A program made the position numbers and the translations under genes. Below, piece by piece: positions 10,813 to 20,618 of a stretch of DNA of 64,000 bases. The DNA comes from an uncultured Actinomycetes bacterium. Lineage in GTDB: Bacteria; Actinomycetota; UBA4738; HRBIN12. Position 1 is the stretch's first letter. Each line of letters begins with the position of its first letter. The notes below the pieces were generated by a model that was not told where the DNA came from, did not search any database, and was given only the letters and a program-made list of their open reading frames with translations. Where the stretch lies: the NCBI GenBank assembly GCA_963704725.1, contig OY969934.1, positions 2,176,001 to 2,240,000 of the forward strand. Reading direction: 5' to 3'.

Positions 10813-11679
10813 TCAGTCCTCCCGCCCGCGCGCGATGCCCCGCGGTCGCACCGCGAGCACGGCGAAGAAGACGAGGTGGCCGCTCAGCACCCCGTACGCG
10901 GGATCGATGTGCGCACCGATCGTCTGCGCCACGCCCAGGACGATGCCCCCGACGAGCGTCCCCCACAGCGACCCCAGCCCGCCGATCACGACGGTCTCGA
11001 ACGCGAACAGGAGACGGCTCGGCCCGATGCTCGGGTCGAACGTGGAGTACGCGCCGAACGCCAGGCCGGCCAGGGCCACCGTCGACAGCGCAAGCGCGGC
11101 CGCGATGCCGAACACGTGCCGGTAGTCGATGCCGGAGATCTGGCTCGCCTCGCGGTCGTCGGCAACGGCGCGGATCATCCGGCCCGTCGCCGACCTCGAC
11201 AGGAAGTACTGCAGGCCGAGGAGCACGCCCACCGCAAGGACGAAGATCCCGAGCGACAGGTACGCCACCGAGATCTCCGACGTGAGGTGGAAGGACCCGG
11301 ACTTCAGCGTTCCCAGGTCGATCGAACGGCTGTCGGCCGAGAGGAACTCCAACAACCCGTTCTGGATCACGATCGACAACCCGAAGCTCACGAGGAGCAC
11401 CGTGAGCGGCCCGCGCGCCAGGCTCGTCTGGATGAGCGAGCGCTGTCCGACGTACCCGATCGCGGCGAAGAGGGGAACCACGACCACGAACGCGTAGAGC
11501 TGCGGGATCCCCAAGGCGGGCACCAGCCCGACGGCCAGGTACGCGGCCACGACCGCGAGGTCCCCGTGCGCCAGGTTGATCACCCGCATCGTCCCGAACA
11601 GGAGCGACAACCCGCACGCGAGGAGCGCGAACAGACCGCCGAGCAGGACCCCCTGGACGACGACGTTCAGCCAGTCCAC
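10813..11679 (-). CDS. HAAT ABC permease, LivH-like
   Basis: 'GLSLLFGTMRVINLAHG', 'GRMIRAVADD', 'VIGGLGSLWG'. Confidence 0.9.
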   Translation of the reverse strand: MDWLNVVVQGVLLGGLFALLACGLSLLFGTMRVINLAHGDLAVVAAYLAVGLVPALGIPQLYAFVVVVPLFAAIGYVGQRSLIQTSLARGPLTVLLVSFGLSIVIQNGLLEFLSADSRSIDLGTLKSGSFHLTSEISVAYLSLGIFVLAVGVLLGLQYFLSRSATGRMIRAVADDREASQISGIDYRHVFGIAAALALSTVALAGLAFGAYSTFDPSIGPSRLLFAFETVVIGGLGSLWGTLVGGIVLGVAQTIGAHIDPAYGVLSGHLVFFAVLAVRPRGIARGRED

Positions 11680-11686
11680 GTCGACC

Positions 11687-12433
11687 TCACGCCGTCTCGG
11701 ACGCGGCGAGCCCGAAGTACGCCGATTCGATCTCCGTCGGCGTGAACTCGCCGGGCCGCCCCTGGAGCGTCGTCCGCCCCTTGAGGAGGCATTGGATCGT
11801 GGTCGCGACCCGCACTGCCTGGCTCACGTCCTGCTCCACCAGCAGGATGGTGGTTCCCGCCGCGAGCAACTCGGGCAGGACCCCGTAGATCTGGCGGACG
11901 ACGATCGGCGCCAGTCCCAGCGAGAGCTCGTCGAGCAGCAGCAGACGCGGGTTCGACACGAGCGCCCGGCCCAGCGCGACGGCCTGCTGTTCCCCGCCCG
12001 AGAGCTGCCACGCGCGCTGGCGGCGTCGCTCCGGCATCCAGCGGAAGAGCTCGTAGATGCGATCGATCGTCCACGGCCCCGGCCGCGCGTGATACGTGCC
12101 GACGAGCAGGTTCTCCTCCAGGGTGAGAGACGGGAACAGGCGCCGACCCTCGGGGACGAGCGCGATCCCGGCGGCGAACCGTCGCTCGGGCGGTTTCGCG
12201 GTCACGTCCACACCGTCGAGCAGGACCCGGCCGGCCAGCGGGCGATGCAGGCCGGCGATCGTTCGGAGCAGGGTCGACTTGCCGGCGCCGTTGGCCCCGA
12301 TGATCGCCCGCACCTCGCCGGCGGCCACCCGAACGTTCAGCTCGTGCAGCGCCCGAAGCTGTCCGTGGGCGACCGTCAGGTCGCGGACCTCGAGGAGGGG
12401 AACCCCTCCGCCGCCGGGCGCCGGTTCGCTCAC
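11687..12433 (-). CDS. HAAT ABC ATP-binding protein, LivF-like
   Basis: GANGAGKS, 'VPEGRRLF', LSGGEQQ, 'LLDELSLGLAP'. Confidence 0.92.
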   Translation of the reverse strand: MSEPAPGGGGVPLLEVRDLTVAHGQLRALHELNVRVAAGEVRAIIGANGAGKSTLLRTIAGLHRPLAGRVLLDGVDVTAKPPERRFAAGIALVPEGRRLFPSLTLEENLLVGTYHARPGPWTIDRIYELFRWMPERRRQRAWQLSGGEQQAVALGRALVSNPRLLLLDELSLGLAPIVVRQIYGVLPELLAAGTTILLVEQDVSQAVRVATTIQCLLKGRTTLQGRPGEFTPTEIESAYFGLAASETA

Positions 12434-13206
12434 GACGATCGGGCTCTCCCCTCGCCGACCCCCGCCTCCGCCAGGGCATCGGCCGTCGCCTCCGTGCCCA
12501 GGAAGACCTCCTTCACGGCCGGGCTCGCCAGCACGGCTTCGGGATCGCCCTGCCCGACGATCCGGCCACCGGCCAGGCAGACCATCCGATCCACGGTGTC
12601 GGTGAGCGCGCGCACGACGTGCTCGATCCAGACGACGCCGACGCCCTCGAGCCGAACGCTCCGCACGATCTCGACCAGGTCGCCGACCTCGGGGTCGGTC
12701 AGCCCGCCGGCGACCTCGTCCAGCAGCAGCAGCTTGGGACGCGTCGCCAGGGCGCGCGCCAGCTCGAGCCGCTTGCGCTGGAGCAGACCCAGCGCTCCGG
12801 CCGGCCCGTTGGCAAGCTCCGCGAGCCCCGTGCGCTCGAGCGCCGACGCCGCCAGCTCGAAGCTCTCCGCCCCGCGGGCACCCGCCCCCTGCTGGGCGGC
12901 CAGGAGCGTGTTCTCGAACACCGTCATGTCATGGAACGGCCGGGGCACCTGGTAGGTACGCCCGATGCCGAGCCGGGACCGCCGGGCGGCGTCGAGCCTG
13001 GTGATCGGCCTGCCCTCGAAGCGGACCTCCCCGCCGTTCGGCGTGAGATCTCCCGACATGATCCCGAACAGGCTCGTTTTGCCGGCGCCGTTGGGCCCGA
13101 CGATGCCGAGTGCCTCACCCGCCCGGACCTCGAGCGTCAGATCGTCGGCCACGACGACCTGGCCGAACCGCTTCTCGATGCGGTCCAGCTCGAGGAGGGC
13201 ACCCAC
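12430..13206 (-). CDS. HAAT ABC ATP-binding protein, LivG-like
   Basis: GPNGAGKT, 'GIGRTYQ', 'LELARALA', 'LLDEVAGG', 'IEH'; GTG start inferred. Confidence 0.9.
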   Translation of the reverse strand: MGALLELDRIEKRFGQVVVADDLTLEVRAGEALGIVGPNGAGKTSLFGIMSGDLTPNGGEVRFEGRPITRLDAARRSRLGIGRTYQVPRPFHDMTVFENTLLAAQQGAGARGAESFELAASALERTGLAELANGPAGALGLLQRKRLELARALATRPKLLLLDEVAGGLTDPEVGDLVEIVRSVRLEGVGVVWIEHVVRALTDTVDRMVCLAGGRIVGQGDPEAVLASPAVKEVFLGTEATADALAEAGVGEGRARSS

Positions 13207-13216
13207 GGACCGCAGA

Positions 13217-14590
13217 CTAGGCGTTCGTCGGGACCAGGTCGCCGCCGATCGGGACGTCCGGGTTGATGCTGTTGTCGACGACGACCATCTCCCAGTCGAA
13301 GTTCGTGCCCGGCTTCCACTGCACACCCACCGGGTTCACGATCCCGATCCCGGGGATCGTGGGGCTGTTCGGGTCCGCAGGGTCGATGTGCGGTCCGGTC
13401 GTGAAGTCGAGCGGGCCGGACATGCCCGTGTAGTTCACCTTGAACAGGGCGTCCGCGACCGCGTCGCCGTCGTGCGGGTCGTCGACGGTGGCGAACGCCT
13501 CCTTCGCCACCTCGAACAGCGAGTAGGTCGACCCCAGCGTCTGCAGCCACTGGGCGCCGGTCTCCTCCTGGAACGCGTTGGCCAGGTCCTCGGCCGTGTC
13601 GCCGGACAGGCTCGAGGTGTACGGCATGAACGGGCCCCACCAGGAGTCGGTCGCGATGTTGTTCACGAGGTCGCCGAGCGCCTCGGTCTCCGCCGGGAAC
13701 AGCAGGACCTTGGCCACCGTGGCCAGCTTCGGCGCGTAGCCCTGCTGCGCCGCCTGCGTCCAGAACGTGTTGAAGTCGGGCGGCAGCGGCGCGTTGATGT
13801 AGATCTGGCAGTCCTGCTGCTTGAACTGCGAGATCATCTGCGAGAAGTCGGTGAGCTGCAGGTCCGGATAGGCGCCGCCGTCCACGAACGTGTAGCCGGC
13901 CGCGTCGATGATGCCCGGCCACGCGTCGCGGAACGCATTGCCGTCCGCGTCGTTGGGGAACATGCCGCCGACGACCTTGTTCGTGTCGACGCGGTTCCAC
14001 ATCGGGACGAAGCACCCGCCGAACGCCTCCGCGCCGAAGAAGAACATCGTGGAGTAGGTGAACGGCTGGGGGTTCGCCGGATCGGCCTGCCGCGCGAAGT
14101 ACCACGCCTGCCACGGCACCACCGTCGACAAGCACGGGACCTTCGCCGACTCGCACGCGGTCGCGACCGGGTTCGTCGTCTCCGGCGTGGAGCTCGTCAC
14201 GATCAGGTCCGCGTGGTTCTGGTTGATGAGCTCGCGGGCGACCTGGGACGCGCGGTTGGGGTCCGACTGAGAGTCCTTCACGACGACCTCGACCGAGTAG
14301 GTCGTTCCGCCGACCTGGAAGCCGTTCTGGTACGCGTCGGTGGCCCTGATCCGGTCGACGACGAAGTTGTCACCAGAGGCGAAGCCGGCCAGGGCTCCGG
14401 TCTGCGGGGTCACGAACCCAATCACGATCGTGTCGGTGCTTCCGCTCCCCGATCCCTTCACGTCGCTGGTACAGGCGTCGAGGATCCCCCCGGCCCCCAG
14501 CATCACCGCGCCCGCGCCGATCCCCTTCAGGAGAGACCGGCGGGAGATCGCCTGCTCGAGCAGCGGGTCCCATCGCTCCCGCTCGGCCAT
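13217..14590 (-). CDS. HAAT ABC substrate-binding lipoprotein, Tat-exported; probable aromatic acid/aldehyde binding
   Basis: 'SRRSLLKG' Tat motif, lipobox-like 'LDAC', type-1 periplasmic binding motif 'KDSQSDPNRA'; RBS AAGGGGG. Confidence 0.85.
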   Translation of the reverse strand: MAERERWDPLLEQAISRRSLLKGIGAGAVMLGAGGILDACTSDVKGSGSGSTDTIVIGFVTPQTGALAGFASGDNFVVDRIRATDAYQNGFQVGGTTYSVEVVVKDSQSDPNRASQVARELINQNHADLIVTSSTPETTNPVATACESAKVPCLSTVVPWQAWYFARQADPANPQPFTYSTMFFFGAEAFGGCFVPMWNRVDTNKVVGGMFPNDADGNAFRDAWPGIIDAAGYTFVDGGAYPDLQLTDFSQMISQFKQQDCQIYINAPLPPDFNTFWTQAAQQGYAPKLATVAKVLLFPAETEALGDLVNNIATDSWWGPFMPYTSSLSGDTAEDLANAFQEETGAQWLQTLGSTYSLFEVAKEAFATVDDPHDGDAVADALFKVNYTGMSGPLDFTTGPHIDPADPNSPTIPGIGIVNPVGVQWKPGTNFDWEMVVVDNSINPDVPIGGDLVPTNA

Positions 14591-14644
14591 ACGTCCCCCT
14601 TTCCCCCACCCCGCGCGTCCGGGCCGTCCGGAGAGCGCACGGTC

Positions 14645-14687
14645 ATTCGCAGCGCGGACTCTAGGCATGAACACCGGGCATGGTCAA
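14645..14687 (-). promoter_or_regulatory. Transporter promoter with PcaR-type box
   Basis: -35 TTGACC (14682-14687), 18 bp spacer, -10 TAGAGT (14658-14663); box ATTCGC-AGC-GCGGAC at 14645-14659. Confidence 0.65.
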
Positions 14688-14715
14688 TCTCCTGCGCCGA
14701 GATGCAACGGCGCGA

Positions 14716-15543
14716 CTACTCGATGCCGGGCGCGGCCGGGCGGCCGGTCCCGCTCTGGGCCCGGAGATCGGCCTCGATCTGCTCCGCCGTTGCCCTCAGC
14801 TTCGGAACGAGCTCCGTCTCGAGGTCGTCCAGGCTCTTCATCGACGCGTGCACCGGGACCGCCAGCCCGGCGATGACCCGGCCGGACTGATCGCGGATCG
14901 GCACGCCCACCGAGCGGAGGCCCTCCTCGAGCTCCTGATCCACGAGTGCATACCCCCGCTCCCGTACCTCCTCGACGAGCGTTCGCAGCTCGCCGAGGAG
15001 GGACACGGTGTGCGACGTCAGCGGCTCCAGGCGGAGCCGCTCCAGGTAGCGCTCGAGCTCGTCGGGATCGAGCCCGGCCAGCAGGACCCGCCCCATCGAT
15101 GTCGCGTACGCCGGCAGGCGGGTTCCCACGGGGATGGCCACGATCATGATCCGCCGGGCGGGAACCCGCAGGACGCAGACCACCTCGTCCCCGTCCAGGA
15201 CCCCGACCGTCGCCGACTCCTGCAGCGTCGTCACCAGCTCCTCGACGTGGGGCTGGGCCACCTCGAGGAAGCTCATCCCGGACAGGAACGCGTAACCGAG
15301 CTCGAGGACCCTCGGTCGCAGGGAGAACTCCCGTCCGTTCGAGCTGACGTAGCCGAGCTCGACGAGGGTATGCAGGAAGCGCCGGGCCGCCGAACGCGTG
15401 AGGCCCGTCGAGCGCGCCACCTCGCTCAGCGTGAGTCGCTCCTGGTCCTGTCCGAACGCCCGGATCACCGCCAACCCCCGGTCGAGCGCGCGGACGAAGT
15501 CGCCGTTTCGGCTGGGGTGGCTATCGTCGTCTGGGGTCGGCAC
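14716..15543 (-). CDS. pcaR: IclR-family regulator (PcaR/PobR-like)
   Basis: 'FVRALDRGLAVIRAF...TLSEVARSTGLTRSAARRFLHTL', 'GTRLPAYATSMGRVLL', 'DQELEEGLRS'; pca context. Confidence 0.85.
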   Translation of the reverse strand: MPTPDDDSHPSRNGDFVRALDRGLAVIRAFGQDQERLTLSEVARSTGLTRSAARRFLHTLVELGYVSSNGREFSLRPRVLELGYAFLSGMSFLEVAQPHVEELVTTLQESATVGVLDGDEVVCVLRVPARRIMIVAIPVGTRLPAYATSMGRVLLAGLDPDELERYLERLRLEPLTSHTVSLLGELRTLVEEVRERGYALVDQELEEGLRSVGVPIRDQSGRVIAGLAVPVHASMKSLDDLETELVPKLRATAEQIEADLRAQSGTGRPAAPGIE

Positions 15544-15595
15544 GGCGCGGTCACGATAGGAGGGGCCTCGCGGTCGGTCAACCGGTCCCCGCCCC

Positions 15596-15663
15596 TTGAC
15601 AGTTCCGCGGGGTTCGTCGCACAGTCGCATCCGCTCCGCGCATGGCGCGTCCGCCGTGCGAAC
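15596..15663 (+). promoter_or_regulatory. Promoter of aldehyde dehydrogenase-pobA operon with PcaR-type box
   Basis: TTGACA 15596-15601, 18 bp spacer, CACAGT 15620-15625; box GTCCGC-CGT-GCGAAC 15649-15663. Confidence 0.7.
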
Positions 15664-15694
15664 GGCGCGCTCGCTCCGGAAGGGGGGACGACCG

Positions 15695-17152
15695 GTGGCG
15701 CTTCTCGACACGGCCGCGTGGCCGAGCAAGATCTTCCAGGACGGCTGGGTGCCGGGCTCCGGAGGCGACCGAGCCGTCATCGAGCCGGCGACGGGCGACG
15801 AGCTCGGCCGCATCGGGCTCGCGAACGGCGCCGACGTCGCGCGGGCCGCCGCGCGCGCCTCCGAGGCGCAGCGCCCCTGGGCCGCAACGGGCTACCTCGA
15901 GCGCGGCGCGATCATGCGCCGGGCCGGCCGGCTCTTCGAGGAGCACGCCGAGGAGATCCAGGGCTGGATCATCCGCGAGACGGGGGCCATCCCGCCCAAG
16001 GCGCAGCTCGAGACGTGGTTCGCGGCGACGACCTGCTACGAGTCGGCGGGCCTCACCTCGCTGCCGTACGGCGAGCTGCTGCAGACCCGCGACCCGATCC
16101 TCAGCATGTCGCGACGGATCCCCGTCGGCGTCGTCGGCGTGATCTCCCCCTTCAACTTCCCGCTGATCCTGTCGATCCGCGCGGTGGCACCGGCCCTGGC
16201 GCTCGGCAACGCCGTGATCCTGAAGCCCGATCCCCGGACCTCCGTGGCCGGCGGCGTCGTCCTCGCCCGGATCTTCGAGGAGGCCGGCGTCCCGGAGGGC
16301 TTGTTCTCGGTGCTCCCCGGCGATGCCACGACCGGCGAGGCGCTCATCTCCGACCCCGGCGTGACCATGATCTCGTTCACCGGCTCCTCACGCGCCGGGA
16401 AACAGGTCGGTCAGCTCGCGGCGAAGCACCTGAAGCGCGCCCACCTGGAGCTGGGCGGCAACAACGCGCTGATCGTGCTCGACGACGTCGACGTCGAGCG
16501 AGCCGTGTCCGTCGGCGCGTTCGGCTCGTTCATGCACCAGGGACAGGTCTGCATGACGACCGGGAAACACCTGGTGGCGCGCGACATCGCCGACACGTAC
16601 GCAGAGGTCCTCGCGGCGCACGCGGAGCACACCCCCGTCGGCAACCCCGCCACCGAGCAGGTCGCCCTCGGCCCGATCATCGACGAGCAGCAGCGGGATC
16701 GCGTGCATCGGATCGTCACCGACACCGTCGGTGCGGGCGCGCGCCTGGCCGCGGGCGGCACGTACGAGGGGCTCTTCTACCGCCCGACGGTCCTCGCCGA
16801 CGTGCCCACGGATGCGCCGGCGTTCACCGAGGAGATCTTCGGCCCGGTCGCGCCCGTCGTGCCGTTCGACTCCATCGACGAGGCCGTCAAGCTCGCCGCG
16901 TCGAGCGAGCACGGGCTGTCGCTGGGGATCCTCACCCGGGACGTCATGAAGGGGCTCGAGATCGCCGAGCGCATACCGACCGGCGTGGTGCACATCAACG
17001 ACCAGACCGTGTCCGACGAGGTGGTGAACCCGTTCGGCGGGGTGAAGGCGACGGGGAGCTCCTGGATCGGCGGACCCAGGGCGAACATCGAGGCCTTCAC
17101 CACGACGCAATGGGTCACCGTGCGAGGCGACCTCCCCGAGTACCCGTTCTAG
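15695..17152 (+). CDS. Benzaldehyde/4-hydroxybenzaldehyde dehydrogenase (ALDH family)
   Basis: 'ISPFNFP', 'FTGS', catalytic 'LELGGN', 'HQGQVCM', 'EEIFGP'; RBS AAGGGGGG before GTG. Confidence 0.88.
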   Translation: MALLDTAAWPSKIFQDGWVPGSGGDRAVIEPATGDELGRIGLANGADVARAAARASEAQRPWAATGYLERGAIMRRAGRLFEEHAEEIQGWIIRETGAIPPKAQLETWFAATTCYESAGLTSLPYGELLQTRDPILSMSRRIPVGVVGVISPFNFPLILSIRAVAPALALGNAVILKPDPRTSVAGGVVLARIFEEAGVPEGLFSVLPGDATTGEALISDPGVTMISFTGSSRAGKQVGQLAAKHLKRAHLELGGNNALIVLDDVDVERAVSVGAFGSFMHQGQVCMTTGKHLVARDIADTYAEVLAAHAEHTPVGNPATEQVALGPIIDEQQRDRVHRIVTDTVGAGARLAAGGTYEGLFYRPTVLADVPTDAPAFTEEIFGPVAPVVPFDSIDEAVKLAASSEHGLSLGILTRDVMKGLEIAERIPTGVVHINDQTVSDEVVNPFGGVKATGSSWIGGPRANIEAFTTTQWVTVRGDLPEYPF

Positions 17153-17172
17153 GCGGGCCCTCGGCGAGCGCG

Positions 17173-18357
17173 ATGCGAACGCAGGTCGGTATCGTGGGGG
17201 CGGGCCCCGCGGGGCTCCTGCTCTCGCACCTGCTGCACCTGAACGGGATCGACTCCGTCGTGCTGGAGGACCAAACGCGCGATCACGTCGAGCAGCGCGT
17301 GCGTGCCGGGGTCCTCGAGCAGGGCACGGTCGACCTGATGCGCGAGACCGGCCTGGCCGACCGGCTCGACCGCGAGGGGCTCGTGCACCACGGCATCGAG
17401 CTCCGCTTCGCCGGGGAGGCGCACCGCATCCCGATGACCGACCTCACGGGTCGCTCGATCTACATCTACGGCCAGCAGGAGGTCGTGAAGGACCTCATCG
17501 CGGCCCGTGTGGCCGCCGGCGGCTCGATCCTGTTCGAGGTCGAGGACGTCCGGCCCGAGGGCTTCGACGGCGACGAGCCCGTGCTCCGCTTCCGGCGGGA
17601 CGGCCGGGACTACGAGCTGCGGTGCGACGTGATCGCCGGCTGCGACGGCTCCCACGGCGTGTGCCGCGAGGCCGTCCCGGGCGGTGTGCTACGCACGCTC
17701 GAGATCGACTACCCGTTCGCCTGGCTCGGCGTGCTCGCCGCGGTGCCGCCCTCCACCGACGAGCTCATCTACGCGAACCACGAGCGCGGGTTCGCGCTGC
17801 ACAGCCTGCGCTCACCCGAGATCAGCCGGCTCTATCTGCAGGTCGCGCCCGACGAGGACGTGGCCGACTGGCCGGACGAGCGCGTCTGGGACGAGCTGGG
17901 CCGGCGACTGGAGCTGCCCGGGTGGTCGTTGCGGACGGGACCCGTGCTCGAGAAGAGCGTGGCGTACATGCGCAGCTTCGTCGTCGAGCCGATGCAGTAC
18001 GGACGCATGTACCTGGCCGGCGATGCCGCGCACATCGTCCCGGCGACGGGCGCGAAGGGTCTGAACCTCGCCGTGAACGACGTCCGCGTGCTCTCCGAGG
18101 CCCTGTGCCACTGGTTCCGGACCGGCGAGACACGGCTCCTCGACGGGTACTCGGATCGCGTGCTGCAGCGCGTGTGGCGCGCGCAGAACTTCTCCCAGTG
18201 GATGAGCGCGATGCTGCATCGGTTCCCCGGCGCGGATCCGTTCACGGACCGGTTGCAGCGCAATCAGCTCGAGTACGTGTGCAGCTCCGTGGCGGCGGCC
18301 ACCGGCCTGGCCGAGAACTATGTCGGGCTGCCGTTCGACGTGACGGTGGCGGCATGA
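17173..18357 (+). CDS. pobA: 4-hydroxybenzoate 3-monooxygenase
   Basis: 'MRTQVGIVGAGPAGL', 'RAGVLEQG', 'CDGSHG', 'YPFAWLG', 'GDAAHIVPATGAKGLNLA', 'AENYVGLP'. Confidence 0.95.
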   Translation: MRTQVGIVGAGPAGLLLSHLLHLNGIDSVVLEDQTRDHVEQRVRAGVLEQGTVDLMRETGLADRLDREGLVHHGIELRFAGEAHRIPMTDLTGRSIYIYGQQEVVKDLIAARVAAGGSILFEVEDVRPEGFDGDEPVLRFRRDGRDYELRCDVIAGCDGSHGVCREAVPGGVLRTLEIDYPFAWLGVLAAVPPSTDELIYANHERGFALHSLRSPEISRLYLQVAPDEDVADWPDERVWDELGRRLELPGWSLRTGPVLEKSVAYMRSFVVEPMQYGRMYLAGDAAHIVPATGAKGLNLAVNDVRVLSEALCHWFRTGETRLLDGYSDRVLQRVWRAQNFSQWMSAMLHRFPGADPFTDRLQRNQLEYVCSSVAAATGLAENYVGLPFDVTVAA

Positions 18358-19457
18358 CGGCGGCGCCGACGTGGCGAGCGGAGGTGGTCGGCAGCCTGCT
18401 CCGGCCCCCGTACCTGAAGGACGCGTTCGAGCGCGCCGACCGGGGCGAGATCGACGATGTCGAGCTCGCGCGGACGCAGGACCGGGCGGCGCTCGAGGCC
18501 GTCGCGCTCCAGGAGGCGTGCGGCGTCGACGTGGTGACCGACGGCGAGGTCCGCCGGCGATTCTGGTTCGACCCGCTCACGGCGAGCCTGTCCGGCTACA
18601 ACCCCGAGGAGACGGCCCCGGTGCCGTTCACCCGGGGCGGGGAGACCGCGGCCGGACCCCCGCCGAAGCTGCCCGTCGTCACCGAGCGGCTCGGCCTCGC
18701 GCGGAACCTCCCGCTCGAGGAGTTCGCGTTCCTGCGCGCCCACACGGAGCGACCGACCAAGGCGACGATCGCCGGGATGACGTACGCGAGCGTGCTGTAC
18801 GTCCCGGGGATCTCCGAAGCGGCGTATCCGGACCGCGAGGAGTACATGGCGGATGCGTTGCGGCTCATGACCGAGGTGGTTCGCGAAGCCGCGGCGGCCG
18901 GCGTCCGGCACGTCCAGCTGGACTCGCCGCGCTACACGCACCTGGTGAGCGAGGAGGGCCGGGCCAACCTGGCGAAGGTCGGCCTCGACCCCTCGACGTG
19001 GCTGTCGCAGATGATCGGGTACGACAACGCGCTGATCCGGTCGGTCCCCGAGGTGACGTGGGCCGTGCACCTGTGTCGCGGGAACCACCGCAGCATGTGG
19101 TCCGTGGAGGGCGGCTACGACGACATCGCGGAGCAGCTCTTCAACGGCCTCGAGGTCGACCGCATCCTGGCCGAGTACGACTCGCCGAGGTCCGGGACGT
19201 TCGAGCCGCTCCGTTTCGTCCCGCCCGAGAAGACGGTCGTGCTCGGCCTGATCACCACCAAGGAGCCCGAGCTCGAGGACGCCGACCAGCTCCGTCGCCG
19301 CATCGACGAGGCCTCGGCGTTCGTGTCGCTGGATCGGCTGGCGCTCTCCCCTCAGTGCGGCTTCGCCTCGACCCTGCCGGGCAACCTGGTGACCTTCGAC
19401 GACCAGCGCGCCAAGCTCGAGCTCCTCGCCGGGGTGGCGCGCCGGGTGTGGGGGTAA
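18354..19457 (+). CDS. MetE catalytic-domain (YxjH-like) Zn-dependent thiol alkyltransferase homologue
   Basis: 'RAEVVGSLLRP', 'VTDGEVRR', 'HLCRGN', 'AEYD', 'LSPQCGFAS'; ATGA overlap with pobA stop. Confidence 0.85.
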   Translation: MTAAPTWRAEVVGSLLRPPYLKDAFERADRGEIDDVELARTQDRAALEAVALQEACGVDVVTDGEVRRRFWFDPLTASLSGYNPEETAPVPFTRGGETAAGPPPKLPVVTERLGLARNLPLEEFAFLRAHTERPTKATIAGMTYASVLYVPGISEAAYPDREEYMADALRLMTEVVREAAAAGVRHVQLDSPRYTHLVSEEGRANLAKVGLDPSTWLSQMIGYDNALIRSVPEVTWAVHLCRGNHRSMWSVEGGYDDIAEQLFNGLEVDRILAEYDSPRSGTFEPLRFVPPEKTVVLGLITTKEPELEDADQLRRRIDEASAFVSLDRLALSPQCGFASTLPGNLVTFDDQRAKLELLAGVARRVWG

Positions 19458-19464
19458 CCCGGGC

Positions 19465-19845
19465 TCAGCCCGGTCCGGCGTCCTGGAGCGCCCGGCCCGC
19501 GATCCGGAACGCCTCGTTCGCGGCCGGCACGCCGGCGTAGACCGCCGTGTGGAGCAGGACCTCGGCGATCTCCTGCGGCTCGAGCCCGAGCCGGCGCGCC
19601 GCTCGGACATGCATCTCGATCTCCTGGTGACATCCGAGCGCGGTGAGGACGGCGAGCGTGATGCACGAGCGCGTCCGGCGGTCGAGCCCGGGCCTGGCCC
19701 ACACCCCGCCCCAGGCGGATCGGGTCACGTAGTCCTGGAAGGGTGCGCTGAACGCGGTCGTGGACGCGATCGCCGCGTCGACGTGCTCGTCGCCGAGCAC
19801 CTCGCGTCGCACGCCCATGCCGGTCTCGTACGTCGGATCGATCAT
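19465..19845 (-). CDS. pcaC: 4-carboxymuconolactone decarboxylase
   Basis: 'GMGVRREVLGDEHVD', 'AWGGVWARPGLDRRTRSCIT', 'AVYAGVPAAN'. Confidence 0.92.
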   Translation of the reverse strand: MIDPTYETGMGVRREVLGDEHVDAAIASTTAFSAPFQDYVTRSAWGGVWARPGLDRRTRSCITLAVLTALGCHQEIEMHVRAARRLGLEPQEIAEVLLHTAVYAGVPAANEAFRIAGRALQDAGPG

Positions 19846-20618
19846 CGTGCCTCCTCGCTCGCGAGCAGGTGCTCGCGGATCAGGGCGGTCACCTCCTCGG
19901 GACGCTCCACGTTCGCCAGGTGCGCGGCGTCCACCGTGGCGGCGCGGCACCTCGGGATGCCCTCGGCGAGGAGCCGGGCATCGTCCTGCGGCATCGAGGG
20001 ATCTCGCGCCCCCGACACGACGAGCGTGTCGGCCCGGATGTCGCCGAGAGCCGCGCGCAGGTCCGCGGTCCCGACCGCCTCGCAGCACGCCGCGTAGCCC
20101 TCGGGCGGCGTCGCGGCGATCATGTCGCGCATTCTCGTCACGACCGCGGGCTCCCGCCGCGCGAACCCGGGCGTGAACCATCGGCCCACCACCAGGTCGG
20201 CCACGGCGCCCGTGCCCTCGGCCCGGACGAGCGCGGCGCGTTCGAACCAGGCCGCGGGCGGAGCGAATCGCGGCGAGGTGCAGCACAGCACGAGGCGATC
20301 CACGCGATCGGGCGCGTGCGCCGCCACCCACATCGAGACCATCGCCCCGATCGAGAGCCCGGCGAGGTGCGCGCGCTCGACGCCGAGGCCATCCAGTAGC
20401 GCGAGCAGATCCGCGCCGAGGTCCGAGAGGTCGTACGGCGGCGGCGGGACCGGTGACCGGCCGTGCCCGCGCAGGTCGTAGCGAACGACGCGGAAGTCCT
20501 CCGCCAACACCGCGACCTGCGGTTCCCACATGTCGAGCGTGCTGCCGAGCGAGTTCGACAGGACCAGGACGGGCCCGCCGGGCGGCCCCTCGACGAGGTG
20601 GTGGACCTCGACGCTCAC
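19842..20618 (-). CDS. pcaD: 3-oxoadipate enol-lactonase
   Basis: 'LSNSLGS', 'YDLRGHG', nucleophile elbow 'GLSIG', 'AAHLANVE'. Confidence 0.92.
   Translation of the reverse strand: MSVEVHHLVEGPPGGPVLVLSNSLGSTLDMWEPQVAVLAEDFRVVRYDLRGHGRSPVPPPPYDLSDLGADLLALLDGLGVERAHLAGLSIGAMVSMWVAAHAPDRVDRLVLCCTSPRFAPPAAWFERAALVRAEGTGAVADLVVGRWFTPGFARREPAVVTRMRDMIAATPPEGYAACCEAVGTADLRAALGDIRADTLVVSGARDPSMPQDDARLLAEGIPRCRAATVDAAHLANVERPEEVTALIREHLLASEEAR

Noticed and set aside
14680-18357. 1225-aa ORF suggesting a giant PobA fusion
   Set aside because: The N-terminal ~830 aa is an Arg/Gly/Pro-rich shadow frame over pcaR and the ALDH gene; PobA starts at its canonical MRTQV (17173).
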